IMG/VR virus record: IMGVR_UViG_2713896799_000015
Location: 1 to 41,227 of that record
Length of the DNA: 41,227 nucleotides
Source: a virus
Lineage: Duplodnaviria > Heunggongvirae > Uroviricota > Caudoviricetes
Direction: 5' to 3' (one strand)
Shown here: in pieces, positions 8,959-17,108 of the stretch
Position numbering within the stretch: the first letter of the stretch is position 1
How the letters are laid out: every line of letters begins with the position of its first letter
Notes under the pieces: generated by a model
What the model was told of the DNA's origin: nothing
Seen by the model: the letters and a program-made list of their open reading frames with translations, nothing else
Databases searched by the model: none
Made by a program: the position numbers and the translations under genes

Positions 8959-8973
8959 TGGCCACCGTGGGGC
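8959..8973. promoter_or_regulatory. Mnt/Arc-type operator-like site (core CCACCGTGGGGC)
   Basis: Shares 12 bp with the 9165-9179 palindrome; lies between arc and ant. Confidence 0.4.
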
Positions 8974-8982
8974 TTCGCTGTT

Positions 8983-9150
8983 TTATGCCACGCTATTCTT
9001 CTCACCAGTGAGTCCATACACTTTCCTCAGCTGATAGATAATCTCTGTATTGAACTTTCGGCATTCTTTTTCGCCATTTCTTTCAATAGCTAACTTCACA
9101 TCGTCCGGAAAACGAACTCGTCGTTGACACATCTCTTTTGCTTTTTGCAT
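8983..9150 (-). CDS. Arc-like ribbon-helix-helix repressor
   Basis: 55 aa from ATG at 9150 with AAGGAG RBS; RVRFPDDVKLAIERNGEKECRKFNTEIIYQL resembles the P22 Arc fold signature. Confidence 0.55.
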   Translation of the reverse strand: MQKAKEMCQRRVRFPDDVKLAIERNGEKECRKFNTEIIYQLRKVYGLTGEKNSVA

Positions 9151-9164
9151 TTCATATCTCCTTA

Positions 9165-9179
9165 GCCCCACCGTGGGGC
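9165..9179. promoter_or_regulatory. Perfect 15-bp palindrome GCCCCACCGTGGGGC (Mnt-operator-like)
   Basis: In the divergent arc/mnt control region; central CACCGTG recalls the P22 Omnt core (from memory). Confidence 0.5.
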
Positions 9180-9270
9180 AAAATAATTGTCACACCGTGC
9201 GTCATTGATGTCAAGCACACGGTGAGGCATACTTCAATCATTGCAAGTAACTCAATATTTGGTGAAGAAC

Positions 9271-9702
9271 ATGAGCAGAGAAGATCCACAACTAAGGATC
9301 AGACTTCCCGTCGAAGTAAAAGAAAAAATAGAAATTTCTGCAAAAGCCAATAAGCGATCAATGAACGCTGAAATAGTACAACGTCTTGACACCAGCTTTC
9401 TGAAAGATATTCATGAAGATGACGTAATTTCTGCTTATGAAGCAAAAATCATTGCAAACAATGCACGACATGAAATATCAAATATTATTTTCAAAAGAAC
9501 CTTTAATGAAATTAATAAGAAAATAACACTTGGACATACAAGTTTTTATATAAACCTTAATGACCTTGAACTGGAATCACTTGCAGATAATGATTACCAG
9601 ATCATCTTTGAAAAAACATTTAATAAGCTCAATGAACTAGGTTACATCATCTGTGAAAACTCATGGGATGCAGATGGTTTTGGAATTGAAATACCTGAAT
9701 AG
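9271..9702 (+). CDS. Mnt-like RHH repressor with ~70-aa AT-rich C-terminal extension
   Basis: N-terminus MSREDPQLRIRLPVEVKEKIEISAKANKRSMNAEIVQRL parallels P22 Mnt; protein is 143 aa versus 82 for Mnt. Confidence 0.5.
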   Translation: MSREDPQLRIRLPVEVKEKIEISAKANKRSMNAEIVQRLDTSFLKDIHEDDVISAYEAKIIANNARHEISNIIFKRTFNEINKKITLGHTSFYINLNDLELESLADNDYQIIFEKTFNKLNELGYIICENSWDADGFGIEIPE

Positions 9703-9744
9703 GAAGAACAAAAGGCGTGTACATATTACACGTCTTTAATACAA

Positions 9745-10356
9745 TTGAAAAACGCCACATTACTGATGTATGTTACAACAAGGAGCGATATTTTGAAAAC
9801 CATATCTATATTAAAGGTTGCATTAGGCGTCGCTATTATTTTGACTCTCTCAATATTGTTTTATTTTTACCACAAACAAACTGCTATTGCTCTTGATAGT
9901 CACGCGGCAAACTCATTTTTCTCAGAGTACATAGTGCCGCTATCAGGAAGCGGTATAACAAATAAATATACTGACTATGACATCAAATATGGAATTGATG
10001 ATGGGGAGACTATTGTATTACATGTAATCATTAAAAACCTAATGACAGTAAATAAAAATACAGACTTCAACGATAAAAATACAATACATCACAACAACAG
10101 CAAAACATTAATTTCTTATAGTAGCAACATCTATACGGATAAATACCTAAAATACATATCAGAAGATACAATAAAAGAAACCCGCGAAAAGTTAAAAAAC
10201 ATATATTGTGCATCCGGCAGTTTTCACAAATTATCGCCGCAAGAGCGTTTATTCTACGAAGCAAGAAAACAACGTAAGTCAATAATATTACATTATTATG
10301 CTGATTCAGGGGAGACACTCATATTTAATATTGGGGTTTCCCCTGAATCATGCTAA
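9745..10356 (+). CDS. Membrane-anchored protein of unknown function (candidate superinfection-exclusion protein)
   Basis: Single N-terminal TM helix, Asn/Lys/Tyr-rich body, very AT-rich; occupies the position of sieA next to mnt in P22. Confidence 0.4.
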   Translation: MKNATLLMYVTTRSDILKTISILKVALGVAIILTLSILFYFYHKQTAIALDSHAANSFFSEYIVPLSGSGITNKYTDYDIKYGIDDGETIVLHVIIKNLMTVNKNTDFNDKNTIHHNNSKTLISYSSNIYTDKYLKYISEDTIKETREKLKNIYCASGSFHKLSPQERLFYEARKQRKSIILHYYADSGETLIFNIGVSPESC

Positions 10357-10367
10357 AGGTGTTTAAC

Positions 10368-13300
10368 TCACCGCATCACCGGATCCACCTGGTTTATTAG
10401 TGGCGCAATCCAGAACAGGTTATTGCCGGGTATCAGGGTTCGGACATTATGCACAATACGATCACCGGCATCACCATTAAACACTCCTGCGGTCACATCA
10501 ATGATGCTATCCGCAAGACCAAATGACGGTCCGAATAGAGATCCTACGAATCCACGACTGGCATACCTAGACTGTGTGCCAGTGCCAAATAAAGCCCCCA
10601 GCCCAACAGCACCACCAGTAGCCTTTTCAGCCATATTGTTATATTCCATCAATGGCCCAAGAATACCGGATCTATCTATACCCTCAAGCACCAGCTTCTC
10701 TGGTGACCAGTCAACATTTTTCCCTTTCGATGCTTCTTTAAGCGCATAGACCAGTGAGCCAAGAGCAATCTGAAATGCAGTGCCATAATAAAATTGCGCA
10801 GTTCCTTCCTGTAACCCACCAAGTAGCGCACGGTTGTATGAAGCCGTTGTGAATGATTTAAACTGAAATATCGTTCGCCCCATTGGAGTACTCGCCCATA
10901 AAGGTGTGTCACCAATACCGGGGGTGATGATAGTGTTATTAACGTCTTTCAGAACCGCTGACTGGAATACTCCGGCAACGTACTGATCGTCCCATTTATC
11001 AAAGTTACCAATGTGCCATCCATCAATTACCTCACCATGTTTCTCGAACTCACTGCGAATACGCGCAGCCATATTGTCGTTGATACCGAGTTTTGCCATG
11101 CGACGTGCAGAAAACGCACCAGACAAAATACCGTCTGACGTGAGCATTCCGTTCATGGATTTGTTTATGTCATTAAATCGATCCATGAGTGTCAGCTTGC
11201 CGAAGGCATCAGTAATTCGCTCCATTCCTGCTTCGACTGCTGTTGTCCTGGAAGAACTGTCAACAAGATCACCAATTGCACGAGAACGTGAATGTAGTAC
11301 AGTTTCCAATCCAATCCCCATCTTCAACATCTCTTCTTTGCTGGCCTTAAATGCCGGTGATTGGGATATCTGAGAAGCATAGCCTTTCATGGAGTTACGG
11401 AAACCATTAACCATAACCCCTCTGGCCAGATCTGGAATAGCTGATACTGTCATTCCACCGAGTTTGGTCGTGAAGTTCACATCCCGCAGAAAAGCGCCAG
11501 CACGAACAAAAAACGAAGACGGGTCATCAGGCATACCATATGTACCAACAAGACGATCGCGTAATGCTGTTATGTCTCTGAGATCATTTGCTCTTGATTT
11601 TGAAAGTCTGGACTGTTCTTTCCGTAATTCCTTTTCGTACTTTCGCATTAATGAATCGAGTTTACCCTGAGGAACAACTTCACCATTGCTCTCATAACGT
11701 GCTTTCAGATTTGCCACACTTTCGTCATATTTCGCCTTTATTTTTTCAGGCACTTCCCGTAACAGACTGTCATATTCGTCCTCAATTAATTGCAGACGCT
11801 CTGTCATAGTTCGTTTGCCAAATGTTCTCGTCAACTCAATTTCTGCTGCCGCTTCACGGATATGACGTTGTAGAACGTAATTCACATCACTTTCGAGATA
11901 ATCCCTGATAAGACTATCAGGCACATTTAATGTTCTTTCTTTCGTACTACCTGCGGCTTTTACAGAAAATACGCTGACAAAATCCTGTGGAACCTTAGCA
12001 CCAGTAATTTTATTAATTACGATATCCGCTGCAATTTCAGCATCCTCAGGATCCAGTGTTTTATTGCCTCTCGACCACCAGTCAACCAAAATACGTCGAA
12101 ATTTATCGCGTTCACTGATTATTTTTCCAACTTTATATATACGTGGGAAATAGCTTGCCTGGCCTAATGCTTTCAGTTCTTCATCTGGCGGCAATAAACC
12201 AAGCTTTTGCATTTCAACCTTCACCCGATTTAATACAGTTCGCATCGCCTGCGCCGTTTCCTGAACAACAGGATTAGCATGCACATCACCGCTTCGCATA
12301 GCATTCCCAACCTGCTGACGAAATGAATCAAAACTCATGTCACCACCATCAGCTTTATACTTTGCGTATGCCTGTTTATTTCCGACAACAACAGCAGCTT
12401 CTTCACGCTGCCATCCACGTGTACGGGTTTCTACAGCTACCGGTGTTTCAATCCCCCTTTCATTTCCTTTAAGGGTGAAATTATTTTCGGCTAACTCCAG
12501 CGTTGTTTTTCGCACTGTCTTGGACGGAGACTCCATTAACCTTGTCAAAGGAGTAAGATAGCTCCCTGCTTTCCATGCAGCCTTTCCAACCACCCCACCG
12601 GAAACAGGGGTTAAATCATCCAGAGTCGCTGTATCAATTTTCATAGCACCAACACTACCACCATCAGAAAGCGAAGCGGCAGCCCTGTCAGTCGCTGATG
12701 TAATGCTCATATTATCAAGAGCATCAGCAACCTCACGCGTGGCTGCAGCCCGGACGGATGGCGAAAGCGCAACACCAGCACTGGCAAACACGCCGCTCAT
12801 CATCGCACCCGCTGCAATGTGAGCGGTACTTTCACCCCATGAGCGTGTTATTTGCTGATTATTCAGCACAACCTCGCTTAATGCTGTACCGGCTGCACCA
12901 ATCGCAATCTGTGAGCCAATACGCGCCAGTGCCCCTCCTTGAGCACCGGGGATAAACATTGACGCAACAGTAACCGGATCCATTCCCGCAGCAATACTGG
13001 CAAGGGTTCCAACTACGCCAGCATCAGACAATAAACGTCTGTCTTCATTTTCATCATCTATCTGCTGCTTAATCCACGCCGTTTCCTCTGGCGATCGGGA
13101 ATCTGCAAATTTCGCCCCCCAGTATTCATAACCGTGCAACTCATTTTTATCAGCATATGGGTTATAACCTTCGACCGGTTCAAACTGTCTGGCTGGTCGG
13201 AAAAAACCAGCCAGAATATTGTTCTGTCGCATTGCAGCCCCCCATACGGAAGGCTCCGGTGGCAATGGCTCAGGATTAGCCCCTTCCGGAAGGGCAACAT

Positions 13301-13382
13301 CAAACCCAGTTTGTTCCGGCAAAACATTACCTGACGGGATCAGTCCGTTATTAAGATCTTCAGCTTGTGCATAAACTGGCAT
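10368..13382 (-). CDS. Internal virion (ejection) protein, large
   Basis: 1004 aa, last of the core-protein run before the tailspike (T7 gp16-like position); start overlaps upstream stop as TAATG. Confidence 0.55.
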   Translation of the reverse strand: MPVYAQAEDLNNGLIPSGNVLPEQTGFDVALPEGANPEPLPPEPSVWGAAMRQNNILAGFFRPARQFEPVEGYNPYADKNELHGYEYWGAKFADSRSPEETAWIKQQIDDENEDRRLLSDAGVVGTLASIAAGMDPVTVASMFIPGAQGGALARIGSQIAIGAAGTALSEVVLNNQQITRSWGESTAHIAAGAMMSGVFASAGVALSPSVRAAATREVADALDNMSITSATDRAAASLSDGGSVGAMKIDTATLDDLTPVSGGVVGKAAWKAGSYLTPLTRLMESPSKTVRKTTLELAENNFTLKGNERGIETPVAVETRTRGWQREEAAVVVGNKQAYAKYKADGGDMSFDSFRQQVGNAMRSGDVHANPVVQETAQAMRTVLNRVKVEMQKLGLLPPDEELKALGQASYFPRIYKVGKIISERDKFRRILVDWWSRGNKTLDPEDAEIAADIVINKITGAKVPQDFVSVFSVKAAGSTKERTLNVPDSLIRDYLESDVNYVLQRHIREAAAEIELTRTFGKRTMTERLQLIEDEYDSLLREVPEKIKAKYDESVANLKARYESNGEVVPQGKLDSLMRKYEKELRKEQSRLSKSRANDLRDITALRDRLVGTYGMPDDPSSFFVRAGAFLRDVNFTTKLGGMTVSAIPDLARGVMVNGFRNSMKGYASQISQSPAFKASKEEMLKMGIGLETVLHSRSRAIGDLVDSSSRTTAVEAGMERITDAFGKLTLMDRFNDINKSMNGMLTSDGILSGAFSARRMAKLGINDNMAARIRSEFEKHGEVIDGWHIGNFDKWDDQYVAGVFQSAVLKDVNNTIITPGIGDTPLWASTPMGRTIFQFKSFTTASYNRALLGGLQEGTAQFYYGTAFQIALGSLVYALKEASKGKNVDWSPEKLVLEGIDRSGILGPLMEYNNMAEKATGGAVGLGALFGTGTQSRYASRGFVGSLFGPSFGLADSIIDVTAGVFNGDAGDRIVHNVRTLIPGNNLFWIAPLINQVDPVMR

Positions 13383-16099
13383 TATTTAGATCCCCACGAA
13401 AAGTAATCTTTAAATTTGTCCATACGTTCGTTATGCAGGCGCTGATACTGCTCATCCAGAGCGCGATGCTTGTCTTTGAAGTTTCGTATAGCCTGTCCAC
13501 GCATAATTTCTTCCTGCTCGTACTGCTCCCGTTCCTGCTGCATTTTCTTATAAGGTTCCCAATCTTCTAGTGATGGTTCCCAACGCATAGGACGCCCATG
13601 TTTGTTATAAAACGGCTGGACCCGATCGATGCCATTTTCATCCTTAGTTCTTACCATAATGGCGTAATCACCATTACGAGGTGTTAACACGTCAGGGGTT
13701 ATGAATAATTCTCCATTAATACGACTCTCAGGGGTTTTTGTCTCAACTACAGGAGCATTACCTGACGTGATCCCAAGCAACGTCGGACTGGTTGTTATAA
13801 TCTCTTTGCGCTCACCGTACATCAGCCGTTCTTTTTCAGCTTTCCACTGCGCCGCCTGCCAGCCTGACGGCCCATATTGATAAAGCGCCTCCGGTGCATA
13901 TTTCATAAACTGCGCTTCTCCGTTAACCTCGCTGATACTCCAGGTGCGGGCTATCTGCTGGTTGGTCATTTGCTTCGCTACGTCAGCGTTACCACCAGCA
14001 ACGCGGTAGTTAATGTCATACAGCGTCTGATAGTCATTACGGAATCTAGCTGCTTCCGGCGTCTGGTCATCCGCAGACGGATCCCAACGGAACCACTGCG
14101 CCATATTGCTGACAGCAGAATTCATCGCCTTGCTGCGATTATTTTTGTACTCTTTTGAACTCTGCGTTGATGCCAATTGAGCTTTAAGAGCATCGGTCTG
14201 GTTGTACGTCAGGTTCTGCGCCTGCTCGATAGCCGCATCAGCAGACATGCCAGAATCTGTTAGTTGCTTAACAGTCAGATAAAAACCCTGCATATCCTTC
14301 GGCATATTTCCAATAGATGCATTGTCTGTTTCATATAACCGACTAAACAAATTCGCTGCATTTTTAACCACTTCCTGATTGCTGGATCTGGATACTGCTG
14401 AAAGCTGCGTGATGACCTGCGAAGGCATGATGCCAGTCTGAGCCACAAGCCGAACAACCCCATCATGAGTGGAGGCATCATTAATACGAAAGTTCTGCGC
14501 CATTTCTGTGTAATCAGCAGCTTTCTGCATTGATTTGTTGCTTGGGTCTAATTTTTCACCTATTGTCAGCGCCTCATTGAATCTGCGTGAATCACGTTGC
14601 GCCTGAATTGCTTCATTTGATCGCTGAAGCAATGCAGACAATTTTCCGTAAGCATCGAGTTTTAACGCATAGTGAGGATCGTTAACCTCAGGCTTCACTT
14701 TCTGCATTTCTTCTTGCTGCTGAGAAGGAGGTAAATACTGAATTGCCTGGAATATTCTCGCGTTATCAATCGCTATATCCAGTTGATTGATTATTTTATC
14801 TGCATTTTTTCCATACCCCCTGATGATAGTCTCCTGAGCCGGTATATAATCTGGAACCTCACCGTTATATAGCTGGGCCATGGTGTTATTAATAGCTGGC
14901 TCAAGCTGTTCTAATATTAACTTCCTTTGCTTTTCTATCTGACTATTAGCAAGGTTATCTATTTGATAAATAGTCAGCGGATCCATTCCAGTTTTATTTT
15001 TTCTATATCGGGAAAGCCACCCTTGTGTTTCTGATGGAAGATTTCGGATAAATTCTTCTTCTGATATTTCACCTTTACGTGGATCACCGACTTTGGCGAT
15101 CAGTTTATCCACGTTACCCATCCCCCAGTTATATGCTGCTCCGGTCAATATTTCGGAGCCGTACTTACCATACAGTTGATTTACATAGTCACTGGCGAGC
15201 ATTTCATGCTGTTGTTCGTCCGTAGGGTTGTATTTAACGCCACGCTTGGCCGCCAGTTCTTTCCCTGTGCCCGGCATTAACTGGTATTTCCCCTGGGCTC
15301 TCTCTCCAGAAGATGTTATCGGTCCTTCAAGAAGACTACCATCAGGATTAAAATGTCGATCACCTGATTCAACAAGGCGTATGGCACGCATGTCCATGCC
15401 TCCAGAATCATTTTTCTGAAACAGACCATTTAGCCATCCTTCTGGATTGGCAGCGGCATAATTCTTCGCCCGCATTTCTGTGGCACGGCGATCATCACTT
15501 TCTATTTCTTCCAGAATGCGTTCTTGTGACCATCCCCTGGCAGCTCCATATCTGGCAATGGCTACCATTCTGGAATTTCTGGCTAAAGTGGCAGTTTGCG
15601 GGTCATTCCAGGCATCCGCTTCATTTTGTATCCATAATTTTCTCGTTGCCTGATATTGCTCATCTTCATAGGCATTTGTCTGCCCTATCTCGTGCCGCCC
15701 TGCCTGCGTAGTGAACTGAATGCGCTGCTGCTGCGCCTGCTGCATGAAAGCATTACGAGCCTGTTCATCCGGCAGCGACATAGCCAGTTGTTCGACCTGA
15801 GCATCAAACTGCTGCGTATACTCATGGCCTTTTCCAATAGCATTTTTCCCTTTCAGGTTAAGCAAACCTGTTTCAGGGTTATTCAGCAGATCACTGCTTA
15901 TCTGACTGAGGTTAAGAGATGCCTCCTGAGCCAGAGCGATATTGGCACGCTGTTTTGCCTGCCCCAAAACATCAATTGCCTCTGTCCCTGCCCGAACAAA
16001 AGCATCACCAATACCTGGCTGAGAAAACGTCTGCAAGCCTGCTGACTGAACTCCACGGCTCTCAACCTGGCGTCCGGATACTGTTGGTACGACTGGCAT
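13382..16099 (-). CDS. Internal virion protein with lytic transglycosylase (SLT) domain
   Basis: ESGDRHFNPDGS...SSGERAQGKYQLMPGT...AAYNWG fits the SLT motif; start taken at MPVVPTV (ATG 16099), overlapping upstream stop as TAATG. Confidence 0.6.
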   Translation of the reverse strand: MPVVPTVSGRQVESRGVQSAGLQTFSQPGIGDAFVRAGTEAIDVLGQAKQRANIALAQEASLNLSQISSDLLNNPETGLLNLKGKNAIGKGHEYTQQFDAQVEQLAMSLPDEQARNAFMQQAQQQRIQFTTQAGRHEIGQTNAYEDEQYQATRKLWIQNEADAWNDPQTATLARNSRMVAIARYGAARGWSQERILEEIESDDRRATEMRAKNYAAANPEGWLNGLFQKNDSGGMDMRAIRLVESGDRHFNPDGSLLEGPITSSGERAQGKYQLMPGTGKELAAKRGVKYNPTDEQQHEMLASDYVNQLYGKYGSEILTGAAYNWGMGNVDKLIAKVGDPRKGEISEEEFIRNLPSETQGWLSRYRKNKTGMDPLTIYQIDNLANSQIEKQRKLILEQLEPAINNTMAQLYNGEVPDYIPAQETIIRGYGKNADKIINQLDIAIDNARIFQAIQYLPPSQQQEEMQKVKPEVNDPHYALKLDAYGKLSALLQRSNEAIQAQRDSRRFNEALTIGEKLDPSNKSMQKAADYTEMAQNFRINDASTHDGVVRLVAQTGIMPSQVITQLSAVSRSSNQEVVKNAANLFSRLYETDNASIGNMPKDMQGFYLTVKQLTDSGMSADAAIEQAQNLTYNQTDALKAQLASTQSSKEYKNNRSKAMNSAVSNMAQWFRWDPSADDQTPEAARFRNDYQTLYDINYRVAGGNADVAKQMTNQQIARTWSISEVNGEAQFMKYAPEALYQYGPSGWQAAQWKAEKERLMYGERKEIITTSPTLLGITSGNAPVVETKTPESRINGELFITPDVLTPRNGDYAIMVRTKDENGIDRVQPFYNKHGRPMRWEPSLEDWEPYKKMQQEREQYEQEEIMRGQAIRNFKDKHRALDEQYQRLHNERMDKFKDYFSWGSK

Positions 16100-16644
16100 T
16101 ATAATCCTCCGGGTAATCTGGTTCCTGCTGCTGCCCCGATTGGCGCAGGGGTGCTTTGAGTAAACGGACTCCACGTCCCACCAAACATCTGGTACGCACC
16201 GTATGCCTTCAGAGGCGCAGTGAGCAATGTTGTTGCTGCTCCCACATTCCCCTGTTTACGGGCTGAACTGGCTTCTGCTTTATAGTTGGCAGCCTGAACC
16301 TGATAACCGTAAGCCTCGCGTTGCGCGTTATTCACCGTCGTCAGCGAATCAAGAGCGCCAAACTGGGCAGTGTCGCCAAATATATCCAGCGCGTTACCTG
16401 TAGATAAATCAGCGCCGGTAGCCCCCATTGTCGCTGCCTGTGTACCAAGCCGCTGTCGGGTCTCTCTGCGCCGTTGCTCAGCTTCAGCGTTACCCCTGTT
16501 TATTGCATCATTTGCCTGAGCTGTGGCTATATCTGCGTTCGCTTCTGCAACCTTCGAGGCATACTTTCCCTGTTGGTACTGGGTGTATGCCTGAATGCCA
16601 CTCATGGCGAGCATTGCGCCACCAGCAATAACCGGATCGCACAT
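16099..16644 (-). CDS. Internal virion protein (T7 gp14-like position)
   Basis: 181 aa, Ala/Gly/Gln-rich, in synteny. Confidence 0.4.
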   Translation of the reverse strand: MCDPVIAGGAMLAMSGIQAYTQYQQGKYASKVAEANADIATAQANDAINRGNAEAEQRRRETRQRLGTQAATMGATGADLSTGNALDIFGDTAQFGALDSLTTVNNAQREAYGYQVQAANYKAEASSARKQGNVGAATTLLTAPLKAYGAYQMFGGTWSPFTQSTPAPIGAAAGTRLPGGL

Positions 16645-17108
16645 TATTTTCTCTCCATGTGAAATCTGTGGAAATTAAGACCAAGAGCACCATAAGGCGC
16701 GGCTTCTTCAAGCCTGAATCCAAGCCAGTGGAGCCATGCTTTGGCAACATGGTTTCGCTCGTCGACGTAGTTTTCCAGGCGCGGATAAACTGCCAGCATC
16801 TGCCGCAATACAGGGCGGCAGTGGCGCAGAAATGTCTTCTGATATTTTTCAATACGGCTGGTTCCTACCAGCCAGGGCGTACCATTGCCACCGATCATTG
16901 ACGCCGGAGATACACCAAACATGGTTACCAGTTCTCCGTTCGCGAACCCTGACCAGGCCATAGTCGCAGTGCGAAGACCAACGCGCAGCGCATCTTCGGT
17001 AGTCATCAGCGATACCGCATACAGTTCGTCAATATCAGCCTGACGAACATCCGGCAAAATCATCTGAAGATGCTCTTCGGTAGCGGGAATAATTTGAACA
17101 TCAATCAT
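16644..17108 (-). CDS. Internal virion protein (T7 gp13-like position)
   Basis: 154 aa between tail tubular B and core proteins. Confidence 0.4.
   Translation of the reverse strand: MIDVQIIPATEEHLQMILPDVRQADIDELYAVSLMTTEDALRVGLRTATMAWSGFANGELVTMFGVSPASMIGGNGTPWLVGTSRIEKYQKTFLRHCRPVLRQMLAVYPRLENYVDERNHVAKAWLHWLGFRLEEAAPYGALGLNFHRFHMERK

Noticed and set aside
10423-13334. Plus-strand ORFs of 65-120 aa inside the internal virion protein genes
   Set aside because: Antisense shadow ORFs within long, well-supported minus-strand genes; low-complexity translations.
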